Under the pieces are notes generated by a model. It saw nothing but the letters and a program-made list of their open reading frames with translations, did no database searches and had not been told where the DNA came from. Shown here piece after piece: positions 1 to 8,394 of a stretch of 64,000 bases of DNA (within the stretch, counting starts at the first letter, position 1; every line of letters starts with the position of its first letter). A program made the translations under genes and the position numbers. This DNA is from Mageeibacillus sp. (GTDB lineage Bacteria > Bacillota > Clostridia > Saccharofermentanales > Saccharofermentanaceae), in the NCBI GenBank assembly GCA_022484595.1, contig JAKVLB010000002.1, positions 73,635 through 137,634 of the forward strand. Reading direction: 5' to 3'.

Positions 1-47
1 TCCTGTCCTATTGTACTGATGTATGCGTATTCCATATTGTCCTCCGG

Positions 48-623
48 TTACGAGCCCGCCTGCTGCAGTGTCATTCCGTTCTGTTCAAGCCATCCGGTTA
101 CGTCATTTACATCCCATGAAGAATAATTTCCGCTTCCGAAAACACTTGCGTCAGCTCCGTCCTTCAACAGCACAAAATCCGGAACTGCTTTGATCTCATA
201 GGTTCCGGTCAGATCGGCATGTTCCATCGCATCAAGTGCAATTACCACGCACGAGCCTGACATCTCCGCCGCTATGTCTTCGACTGCAGCGGTTATCCCC
301 GCCGTATCACTGGCCATTGAGCTGTAGAAATAGATGAGTATGGATATATCCTTGCGTGACAGCAGGTCATCGAGATTTGTAATCTCACGGTATTGAATGC
401 CGTAGAGCGGATTACCGCTGTCATCTGTCTCTCCGTCAACCGCCTCATAAACAAGGCATGACGCATCTGTGTTATAGGAAAAACTTCCAAGGTCGTCATA
501 GTATGCCGCGCCTTTGCCATAAAGCGGAGCATCAGAAGCGGAACCGGAACAGGCATTTGCCGCAAGAGCGGTAAACACTATGCAGAGTGTCAGAATCAGA
601 CCGATAACTTTACGCGAATTCAT
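48..623 (-). CDS. Putative lipoprotein with C-terminal thioredoxin-like fold lacking CxxC
   Basis: Hydrophobic signal ending in ANAC (lipobox-like). C-terminal ILIYFYS...VVIALDA...YEIKAVPDFVLLKDG follows the Trx beta/alpha pattern and keeps the cis-Pro motif. Start placed at ATG 623 (GAGG SD), 1 nt after the mrp stop. Confidence 0.6.
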   Translation of the reverse strand: MNSRKVIGLILTLCIVFTALAANACSGSASDAPLYGKGAAYYDDLGSFSYNTDASCLVYEAVDGETDDSGNPLYGIQYREITNLDDLLSRKDISILIYFYSSMASDTAGITAAVEDIAAEMSGSCVVIALDAMEHADLTGTYEIKAVPDFVLLKDGADASVFGSGNYSSWDVNDVTGWLEQNGMTLQQAGS

Positions 624-624
624 C

Positions 625-1503
625 TCAAGCCTCTTCAATGAGTTTTACACACATTGCGACAGAACCGGACAGAATATCGTCAGTAATATCTTCCGTTCTT
701 CCGGAATCAACCATTCTGGTGATTTCCGGGTTCAGAGGAACCCTGTCCAATACGCTCGCGCCAATCCGGGCTGCGGATTTCTCGACATTCTCACCGCTGC
801 CGTAGAGATTGATACGCTCAGAGCAGTGAGGGCATTTGACATAGCTCATATTCTCGACCATGCCGAGAATCGGAACATTCATCATTGTTGCCATATTGCG
901 GGCCTTGTTTACAATCATGGAAACGAGATCCTGAGCTGTAGCGACGAGAATAATTCCGTCTGCCGGAATTGACTGGAAAACCGTAAGCGGTACATCGCCT
1001 GTTCCCGGCGGCATATCAATCAGGAGCACATCGAGTGTCTCCCAGTTGACTTCTCCCCAGAACTGCTTGACAAGCGAGTTGAGAATCGGTCCGCGCCATA
1101 CTACAGGCGCTTCCTTATCTTCAAGAACGAGATTTACAGAGACGACCTTTATGCCGGACTTGGTCTCAGCCGGCACTATGAGTTTGCCGTCAACAGATTT
1201 CAGTACGCCGTCAAGACCAAAAGCCGTCGGAATTGAAGGCCCTGTGACATCGGCATCGAGAATACCGACCTTATACCCCTTGCGGGCAAGTGAAGCTGCA
1301 AGAACAGAAGTGACAAAAGACTTGCCTACTCCGCCCTTTCCGCTTGCAACGCCTATAACCTTTTTGATTGACGAACCTGCCGCGAGAGCTTCCTTTACGG
1401 GACCTGACGGTGTCTTCTGAGAACCGGTGCCGTTTGCCGACGGGCAGGTGCTCTGTGATGTGCAGCCTGATGCTGACGGACATGAATCACATGCTGATGA
1501 CAT
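625..1503 (-). CDS. mrp: Mrp/NBP35 family Fe-S cluster carrier ATPase (ApbC)
   Basis: Deviant Walker A SGKGGVGKS, DADVTGPS, WRGP, DMPPGTGD, ENMS..CPHC, and a Cys-rich N-terminus. Confidence 0.95.
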   Translation of the reverse strand: MSSACDSCPSASGCTSQSTCPSANGTGSQKTPSGPVKEALAAGSSIKKVIGVASGKGGVGKSFVTSVLAASLARKGYKVGILDADVTGPSIPTAFGLDGVLKSVDGKLIVPAETKSGIKVVSVNLVLEDKEAPVVWRGPILNSLVKQFWGEVNWETLDVLLIDMPPGTGDVPLTVFQSIPADGIILVATAQDLVSMIVNKARNMATMMNVPILGMVENMSYVKCPHCSERINLYGSGENVEKSAARIGASVLDRVPLNPEITRMVDSGRTEDITDDILSGSVAMCVKLIEEA

Positions 1504-1550
1504 ATCGATGCCTCCTATATCAATAAATTTAAAATCTCGTTAACCAAAGT

Positions 1551-1578
1551 ATTATAAGCCGAAGTGTGAATATGTCAA
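1551..1578 (-). promoter_or_regulatory. sigma-A promoter for mrp operon
   Basis: Minus strand reads TTGACA-N16-TATAAT about 50 nt upstream of the mrp ATG. Confidence 0.7.
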
Positions 1579-1625
1579 AACATCACTCCGCAGAAATCCG
1601 GTTGATTCTCTCAGAACTGTATATC

Positions 1626-2150
1626 TCAGAATCGTTCCAGCCTTGCCTCGCCGTTCTCTATCATGATATAAGACGGGTTGGTATCCTGCTTCGGGATTGA
1701 AGGCGAACCGGGGTTCATACAGCGAATTCCGTCTGATTTCTCACTTATGTAATCACAGGCAACGTGTGTATGTCCCGAGAGAAAGACAGAACCTGCTCCA
1801 AGGCCTTCTGGAAGATTATCCGGAGAATAGTGATGTCCGTGCGTCGCGAAAAAGACCGTTTCTCCACTCACAAGATAAATGTAGTCGGCCATTATCGGAA
1901 ATTTAAGAACCATCTGGTCAACTTCGGTGTCGCAATTGCCGCGCACCGCAAGAATATTGCCGGCCTCGGCATTCAGCAGCGCAATTACTTTCCCGGGGTT
2001 ATAGTTCTCCGGCAGATTGTTGCGGGGGCCGTGATACAGCAAATCTCCAAGAAGAAGCAGTTTGTCAGATCCTGTCTCGTGAAATTTCTCAATTACAGCA
2101 GAGGCCCAGTATGAATCTCCGTGAATATCAGATGCCGCCAAAATCTTCAT
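1626..2150 (-). CDS. yfcE: YfcE/MJ0936-family metallophosphoesterase
   Basis: SDIHG, LGDLLYHGPRN, VRGNCD, THGH, GHTH and NPGSPSIPK motifs. True start is MKILAASDIHG at 2150; the ORF-track upstream extension overlaps the neighbouring gene. Confidence 0.9.
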   Translation of the reverse strand: MKILAASDIHGDSYWASAVIEKFHETGSDKLLLLGDLLYHGPRNNLPENYNPGKVIALLNAEAGNILAVRGNCDTEVDQMVLKFPIMADYIYLVSGETVFFATHGHHYSPDNLPEGLGAGSVFLSGHTHVACDYISEKSDGIRCMNPGSPSIPKQDTNPSYIMIENGEARLERF

Positions 2151-3153
2151 TATCGCTGTTCTCCTCATTGTCATTATCAGTGTCACCTGATGGTTTCTCT
2201 TCAATCTCCGGGAATACAACCGTCTCTTTATAGCTGACGTTGCTCTTGAGTCTCTTGAGTGCTGCGGAAGATATATAGCTTCCGCCTGACTGAAGCACAT
2301 TTATAAGCCTCTGCTCGGAATGCTTGAATGAATGTACAAAACTGTTGCGCGCTTCCAACGCAGCATCCTTCGCAAGCTTCAGACTCTCACGCTCAGCAGC
2401 CGTGAACTGGTCCGCAAACGCTTTCTCCTCAGCTCTGTGAGACGCGGCAAGCTCTTTCTCGGCGCGCTTGTTCTCGGCACAGAATCTACGGTACTCCTCG
2501 TAATGAACAAGCGTCGGTTCACTTACCGTAGTTATAGTGTCAACGCTGCCGTAAATCTGTTCGCCAAGCTTGTCTGAGACGACCTTGACTCCGGAAGTTA
2601 TTTTCGCAAACGCCCACACTTTCTTCTGGAAACCGATTATGGTAGCTATCGTGGTTATAAGGTCAATAACAAGAATCACAGTAAGAAAGACAACAAGCCC
2701 GACTTCAAAACCGTAGTCAATATGATGTATCAGCCACATAACGATGGGATGAATGACATAGAGTCCAAGAGAGCAGGCTATTCCCCAGTAGATGAAGAAA
2801 CGCAAACAGATGTAGCCGCGCAGGTTAAGTTTGTAATCCGAATAGTCCCACCAGCGCATATGGAAGGCATGGAACAATATTACACCGGCAATAAGCTCAA
2901 CGGTTGTGGCCGCCAGCGCCGTCCCGAAGAACACTACGAAGAAATTGCCTGTGAACGGCTCAAAAAACCATATCGCGGCATAGAAACCCAAACCGTATAA
3001 CGGACACATCGGGCCGTTTAAAAAACCGCGGTTTATGAATCTGCCTTCCACAACACCGTAGTAAATAACTTCCACCACCCAGCCGATGAAGCTGTAGATG
3101 AAGAACATCATATAGGAATCAAGGAACGGATACGGCAGCATCATAACCTGCAT
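2128..3153 (-). CDS. DUF1113 / putative ABC transporter permease-like membrane protein with C-terminal coiled coil
   Basis: FFIYSFIGW.VEV, NRGFLNGP.CPLYG.G and WWDYS...NLRGYICL..F..WG signature, with several TM helices. Confidence 0.8.
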   Translation of the reverse strand: MQVMMLPYPFLDSYMMFFIYSFIGWVVEVIYYGVVEGRFINRGFLNGPMCPLYGLGFYAAIWFFEPFTGNFFVVFFGTALAATTVELIAGVILFHAFHMRWWDYSDYKLNLRGYICLRFFIYWGIACSLGLYVIHPIVMWLIHHIDYGFEVGLVVFLTVILVIDLITTIATIIGFQKKVWAFAKITSGVKVVSDKLGEQIYGSVDTITTVSEPTLVHYEEYRRFCAENKRAEKELAASHRAEEKAFADQFTAAERESLKLAKDAALEARNSFVHSFKHSEQRLINVLQSGGSYISSAALKRLKSNVSYKETVVFPEIEEKPSGDTDNDNEENSDNEDFGGI

Positions 3154-3755
3154 GACCTCATAACATGATATCCGCCGTCGACGTCTATGTTCTCACAGTT
3201 ACCGAACAGTTCAGAAAGCTTCTTATATGTTGAAGGAGCACCCTGTTTGCGCTGAAGCACAACATAGATGACCGCACCCTGATTCATATGTTCAAATGAA
3301 CGCTCGTAAAAAGCGAAGACCGTCTTCTTTCCCGCCCTTACAGGAGGATTGGTCGCCACAATGTCAAATCTTATGTCGTCATCAAAGGCAGACAGAACAT
3401 CACCCTGCCTGAAGTCTACACGAACACGGTTATTTGCGGCATTCATCGTTGCAAGGTCAACGGCACGTGAATTTATGTCCGTACCGAACATGTTGTACCC
3501 CATAAAGCATGACTTCATTACGATGCCGACAATGCCTGCACCGCATCCCAGATCCAGAAAATTTCCCGGATGCGGGCCTGTCTTTCTGATATCCTCAATC
3601 ATCGCGCTTATAAGGAGATTCGTGCCGAAGTCCACGTTACTGCGAGAAAAGACGGCAGTATCCGTGGTAAAGTTGAAATTGATGCCGTTCATACGGTAAT
3701 CAACAATTCTGCGGCAGCTCTCGGTCTGCGGTTGTTCTTCAAAATACTGCGGCAT
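3141..3755 (-). CDS. Class I SAM-dependent methyltransferase (RsmC/YbxB-like, MTS domain)
   Basis: FTTDTAVFSR..VDFGT, LDLGCGAG, DINSRA and TNPPVRAGK motifs. Confidence 0.88.
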   Translation of the reverse strand: MPQYFEEQPQTESCRRIVDYRMNGINFNFTTDTAVFSRSNVDFGTNLLISAMIEDIRKTGPHPGNFLDLGCGAGIVGIVMKSCFMGYNMFGTDINSRAVDLATMNAANNRVRVDFRQGDVLSAFDDDIRFDIVATNPPVRAGKKTVFAFYERSFEHMNQGAVIYVVLQRKQGAPSTYKKLSELFGNCENIDVDGGYHVMRSCRL

Positions 3756-4285
3756 TACAGGAAATCCTTAATCTTTGTTCTCTTAATAATCGCAATGAAC
3801 GGCAGTCCAAGAACAACGAGAAGCGCTGCCTCAGATCCGGCCACTTCAAGCATGCTCACCGCCATGACCTGAAGTGTTACTTCACTTGCGCTGTCCATAA
3901 GCAGGAACGGCAGATAACCGCCTACCACTAGCCCGTTCACGACGACAGGCGGAATTATACCGAACATCTTGTTCTTCTTTCCGATCAGATACGACAGCAC
4001 TCCTGCGATAAGCGTAGCAAGAGTTCCGCAGATTATATCAACAGGGCCAAGGTTGTTAGGGTTGAAGAGATTGGCGAGAAAGCACCCGAGCGTTATGCCG
4101 GGAAGCGTCGCAATCGAAAACGCCGGAAGCACAGTCATAAGCTCAGCCAGTCTGACCTGCAAAGGACCGTACGCAATCTGCGCAAAAGGCAGTGTAAGCA
4201 CTACATAGAGTGCCGCTATAATTCCGTTGTTTACTATAAATTTAATCCTGCGTTTGTTTCTCGCAGATTCCGATAATTCAGTCAT
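3755..4285 (-). CDS. queT: QueT family (queuosine precursor) transporter
   Basis: IIAALYVVLT...AYGPLQVRLAELMTVLP, GITLGCFLAN and G..DII.GTLATL match the QueT pattern. Confidence 0.82.
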   Translation of the reverse strand: MTELSESARNKRRIKFIVNNGIIAALYVVLTLPFAQIAYGPLQVRLAELMTVLPAFSIATLPGITLGCFLANLFNPNNLGPVDIICGTLATLIAGVLSYLIGKKNKMFGIIPPVVVNGLVVGGYLPFLLMDSASEVTLQVMAVSMLEVAGSEAALLVVLGLPFIAIIKRTKIKDFL

Positions 4286-4312
4286 ATGTAATCTACCAAT
4301 CTTTAAATGTTT

Positions 4313-5272
4313 TTACATCATTGCTCTTACGCTGTCATTAATCTCAGCAAGCTTTGAGCTCTTCTGCCACGGCATCTGCCGGCATTGAATAAGGCCTTTG
4401 CGTATTGCCTCGGCGCACGCCTTAACCTCATATGTATAAGCACGTATTATATCACCATCGGCTTCACTTTCCTCGATGAGAACATCATCATCCGTATACA
4501 GCTCAATTTTGCGGTATGTGTTGATGTTGGTAATCTTTATCTTTCCGGTCTCACCTACTACAGTTCCGTCTTTCACGGTGTTCGCGCACATCGTAACATA
4601 GAAACTCGCAAGTGCGGAACCGTCGAGCGACTCCAGACAGTAGCATGCATCTCTCTCGCAGCCTGTAGACAGCTTTCTGCCGAATGCCCTTGACAGCCTT
4701 ATGTCATCACCAAGAACCGACAGGGCCAGATTCGTAGGATATACTCCCAGGTCAAGATATGCGCCGCCGCCGAGAACCGGGTCATTAAGTCTGTCAACAT
4801 CCGTAAGATCATAGCCCAGATCGGCCGATATGTACCTTACCGCGCCGATTCTGCCGTCACTTATCCACTTGAGCATCTGCTCGTGAAGCGGCATAAATGA
4901 CGTCCACATCGCCTCGCACACAAACAGATTGCGATTCTTAGCCTCGGCGAAAATACTGTCCGCCTCACCCTTGCTCATTGAAAACGGCTTCTCTATCAAT
5001 ACGTTCTTATATTCCTTGATGCACATAATAGCGTTCTCGTAGTGATAGGTGTTCGGCGTGGCGATATAGACAAGATCTATTCCGCTCGCAGCGGCAAGCT
5101 TCTCATAGCCCTCATAAATCTTCGCATCCGGGCAATGCTGTGCGGCAAATTTCTTCGCCTTCCCCTTGTCTCTCGAAGCGACAGCAGCGACGCTGATTCC
5201 GTCAATAAGCCTGATAGCTTCTGCCATCTTAGATGCGATATTTCCGCAGCCGATAATTCCGATGTTAAACAT
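4313..5272 (-). CDS. Gfo/Idh/MocA family oxidoreductase
   Basis: GIIGCGNIA Rossmann motif, YIATPN..HYE, VLIEKPF, EAMWT.F.P and GGGAYLDLGVYP. Confidence 0.92.
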   Translation of the reverse strand: MFNIGIIGCGNIASKMAEAIRLIDGISVAAVASRDKGKAKKFAAQHCPDAKIYEGYEKLAAASGIDLVYIATPNTYHYENAIMCIKEYKNVLIEKPFSMSKGEADSIFAEAKNRNLFVCEAMWTSFMPLHEQMLKWISDGRIGAVRYISADLGYDLTDVDRLNDPVLGGGAYLDLGVYPTNLALSVLGDDIRLSRAFGRKLSTGCERDACYCLESLDGSALASFYVTMCANTVKDGTVVGETGKIKITNINTYRKIELYTDDDVLIEESEADGDIIRAYTYEVKACAEAIRKGLIQCRQMPWQKSSKLAEINDSVRAMM

Positions 5273-5313
5273 AGCGTTTCCTTCTTTGTAATATTTATAA
5301 AGCGTACCTTTTC

Positions 5314-5371
5314 ATTTTATTGAGAGTTAGCGATAGTGTCAATTGAACTTTTGTACTATCGCCGATACAAT
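5314..5371. promoter_or_regulatory. Back-to-back divergent sigma-A promoters
   Basis: Minus strand TTGACA(5342-5337)-N17-TAAAAT(5319-5314); plus strand TTGAAC(5343-5348)-N17-TACAAT(5366-5371). Confidence 0.65.
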
Positions 5372-5394
5372 TCATTCATTATGGAGTGCCTTAT

Positions 5395-6345
5395 ATGATT
5401 AAAAATTATCTCAACTCAATATCATCGAAGAAACGCGGAATAATATTCCTGCTTATGTCATCATTCTCGTTTGCCGTCATGGCACTTTTTGTCAATCTTG
5501 CCGGCGATATGCCTGTATTCATGAAGGCATTCTTCCGCAATATCGTCGCCTGTCTTCTGACCATTCCGATGCTCGCCCGTTCATCAGGCGGTTTCAAAAT
5601 TCAGAAAGGCAATCTGCCTTACCTGATCGGCCGCGCGACACTTGGTACAGTCGGAATATTCTGCAACTTCTACGCCATCTCGCAAATCAACATCGCAGAT
5701 GCGCTGATATTAAACAAACTCTCGCCGTTCTTCGCAATAATAGCCTCGGTCTTTATTCTCGGCGAGGTGGCGAACGGCTGGCAATGGCTCGCGGTGGTTG
5801 TCGCTCTCGCGGGTTCAATCTTCGTCGTCAAGCCGACATTTATCTTCGGTCTCGCAGACTCAGGCTTCGATTCAGCACGGTTCTTTCCTGCCATGATTGG
5901 ACTTATCGGCGGAGTCGCGGCGGGCGTAGCCTATACATTCCTGCGCAGGCTCAGCCTTCGGGGCGAAAGAAGCACGGTAATAGTCGCCTTCTTCTCAGTC
6001 TTCTCATGCATCGCCTGCATACCGTTCATAATATTGACATACCGACCGGTAACACTTGTTCAGATTCTGTTCTGCTTCTGTGCAGGAATTGCCGCCTGCT
6101 GCGGTCAGTTTACAATCACCGCCGCTTATGGCGCATGCCCGGCAAGCGAGATATCAGTCTACGATTACTCAACGGTAATCTTCGCCGCCATTCTCGGAAT
6201 GGCATTTCTCGACGAATTCCCGGACTTACTCAGCATAATCGGGTATATCGTGATAATCGGCGCCTCCGTCTTCGCTTTCCTTTACAACAACGGATACATA
6301 CTCCGCAAAAAAAGCATAAGAAAACCCGATTCAGCATCAACATAA
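5395..6345 (+). CDS. DMT/EamA family transporter
   Basis: About 10 TM helices in two EamA repeats (FFRN, L..LSPFF, ...YDYSTVIFAAILG). ATG 5395 follows a GGAG SD. Confidence 0.9.
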   Translation: MIKNYLNSISSKKRGIIFLLMSSFSFAVMALFVNLAGDMPVFMKAFFRNIVACLLTIPMLARSSGGFKIQKGNLPYLIGRATLGTVGIFCNFYAISQINIADALILNKLSPFFAIIASVFILGEVANGWQWLAVVVALAGSIFVVKPTFIFGLADSGFDSARFFPAMIGLIGGVAAGVAYTFLRRLSLRGERSTVIVAFFSVFSCIACIPFIILTYRPVTLVQILFCFCAGIAACCGQFTITAAYGACPASEISVYDYSTVIFAAILGMAFLDEFPDLLSIIGYIVIIGASVFAFLYNNGYILRKKSIRKPDSAST

Positions 6346-6388
6346 TGTCTTTGCCGGACCGGGTATCGGTTCGCTTCACCCTGCTGAC

Positions 6389-7927
6389 TTACAGATCAAT
6401 CTCCGTATCATCAGCCGTCGGGTCTGTGTCATGAGTAATGTCATCCGCAGCAATCTGTGCGTCAGAGCCGGAATTTACTCCAAGGACAGAGTCAGACTCT
6501 TCAATATTCATTGTTCCGATTGAATTCATCTTTGACCTCATAATCCTCGTTCTCTCAGAAATAACATGAGTCGCGGAAGACGCCTGTTCTATCTTCCTCT
6601 GCGCCGAGATGACACTGTCATCCAGCTTTGTAATCTGAGCCTTGACCGCTTCAAGAATCTTACGCACTTCAGCCGTCTGTCTGTTAAGCGCGGCATTGCG
6701 GAAACCGACGGCAATCGTATTGAGCAGAGCGGTTATCGTAGTAGGGCCGGCGACCATAATTGAGACGCTCTGACAATACTCAACAACTCCGTCAAGTCTT
6801 AACACCTCGGCATAAAGACCTTCCGTCGGAAGAAACATAATCGCATAGTCAGATGTGTGCGGCGGATCAATATATTTGTCACGTATCTTGCGTGCTTCCA
6901 GCTGTATGCGGTCCTTGAGGCCCTTCTGTGCAAGTGCGAGTTCCGCGGCATCACCGGCGTCAGATGCTTCGACAATGTGGTTATACATATCTGAAGGGAA
7001 CTTTGAATCCACAGGCAGATACACCGTCTCATCATTCTCGCTCGACGGCAGACAGATTGCATACTCAACCGGGTCAGACGAACCATGCTTTGTGATAATG
7101 TTATGCACATACTGTCCGTTTGTAAGTGTCTGTTCAAGAATACGACCGAGCTGCACCTCTCCCCATGTTCCGCGCGTCTTGACGTTCGTCAGGGTCTTGT
7201 TAAGGTTATCAACGCCTGACGACAGATTCTGCAATTCTCCCAACGACTGATAAAGCTTGCTGAGATTCTCTGATACCTGCTTGAAATTCGAATCAAGTCT
7301 CTCATTAAGCGTCTTATCGAGCTTCTCATTTACAACGCCTCTGATCTCATCGAGCTTCTTCTCGTTCGACGCCTGAAGCAGCGCAAGATTATCAGTAAGC
7401 GACTTCGTGACAGTCTCCTGCGTCTTGAGCATTGAATCACCGACCGTCTTCTGGAACTGCGCGAAAACTTCATTCTGCGAAGCGGTATTCTTCACGAGAG
7501 CTTCGTTCTGAGCCGCGGCATTCTTTGCCATTGATTCATGAAGCGATTTCTGCATATTTGCAAACGAATCCGCCTGAACCACCGTCGACTTGTGAAGTTC
7601 GTCGCGGAATTCATTGAGACTCCTCGTCTGCGACTCCTGAAGCTTTACTATTGAATCGTGCTGCGCATTTGACGACTCAAGCGCGCTCTTGCGCTGCTCG
7701 GCCGCCACGGCGCGGAGCACTTCATTTGTATCCTTGCCCTGACGTGCTATCTCGTTTGAAGTGACCTCAACCGCACCTTCAAGCTTGACAAGTCCGTCAT
7801 GAAGACTCCTGACCTCATCGCTCACCGACTCGTTCCCCGTGTTCTTCTTAAGTCTGCTCATCATCGCAAGAACCACAACAAGAAGAACAACCGTCACTAC
7901 CGACAAAATCACCGCTACATACTCCAT
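6389..7927 (-). CDS. rmuC: DNA recombination protein RmuC
   Basis: N-terminal TM anchor, long coiled coil, K.RGTWGEVQL..IL, LPVDSKFP, YIDPP.T.DYAIMFLPTEGLYAE and GPTT..ALL. Confidence 0.93.
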   Translation of the reverse strand: MEYVAVILSVVTVVLLVVVLAMMSRLKKNTGNESVSDEVRSLHDGLVKLEGAVEVTSNEIARQGKDTNEVLRAVAAEQRKSALESSNAQHDSIVKLQESQTRSLNEFRDELHKSTVVQADSFANMQKSLHESMAKNAAAQNEALVKNTASQNEVFAQFQKTVGDSMLKTQETVTKSLTDNLALLQASNEKKLDEIRGVVNEKLDKTLNERLDSNFKQVSENLSKLYQSLGELQNLSSGVDNLNKTLTNVKTRGTWGEVQLGRILEQTLTNGQYVHNIITKHGSSDPVEYAICLPSSENDETVYLPVDSKFPSDMYNHIVEASDAGDAAELALAQKGLKDRIQLEARKIRDKYIDPPHTSDYAIMFLPTEGLYAEVLRLDGVVEYCQSVSIMVAGPTTITALLNTIAVGFRNAALNRQTAEVRKILEAVKAQITKLDDSVISAQRKIEQASSATHVISERTRIMRSKMNSIGTMNIEESDSVLGVNSGSDAQIAADDITHDTDPTADDTEIDL

Positions 7928-8269
7928 AACCACACTCTCCTTTTTGGAATCAATTATATACCATGACGTTTGTCAATAATGGGACTTATGTTATTTTTAC
8001 GGCAGAAATATCATAAGAACTATATGCGTAACCAATTACCTTTTCAGCAGGCTTCAGGTAACAAGTTACCTGACATCAGCCGTATCGTCTGAGACGTTCT
8101 TCCTTTATTGCTGAGATTCTGCATTATCCTGACATCAAGGTAAACAAAAACTGAAGCAAAAAAGTTGAATCTGTACTTAATTTCCGACTGTTATTGCGGA
8201 CCGGAGAAGGTCAGTTTTCCCGAGACAATCCGGTCACTGACTGCACTTTAAATCTGCAGGTTTTCGGGA

Positions 8270-8297
8270 TTTACACATCAATACTATGTGATATAAT
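8270..8297 (+). promoter_or_regulatory. sigma-A promoter (extended -10) for ChW protein gene
   Basis: TTTACA-N16-TATAAT with TG at the extended -10 position (TGaTATAAT). Confidence 0.6.
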
Positions 8298-8394
8298 CAG
8301 CTTGCGTTGTGTCCACTCGGGAATGCGGCATCTGCAGCAAAGCTGACGAGATTAAGTGGCCAAGCAATTTGCATTTTTATGGGAGAGTTTGAAA

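Noticed and set aside
4286-4312. preQ1 riboswitch upstream of queT
   Set aside because: The gap is only 27 nt, with no AGAGGUUCUAG-like stem or A-rich tail.
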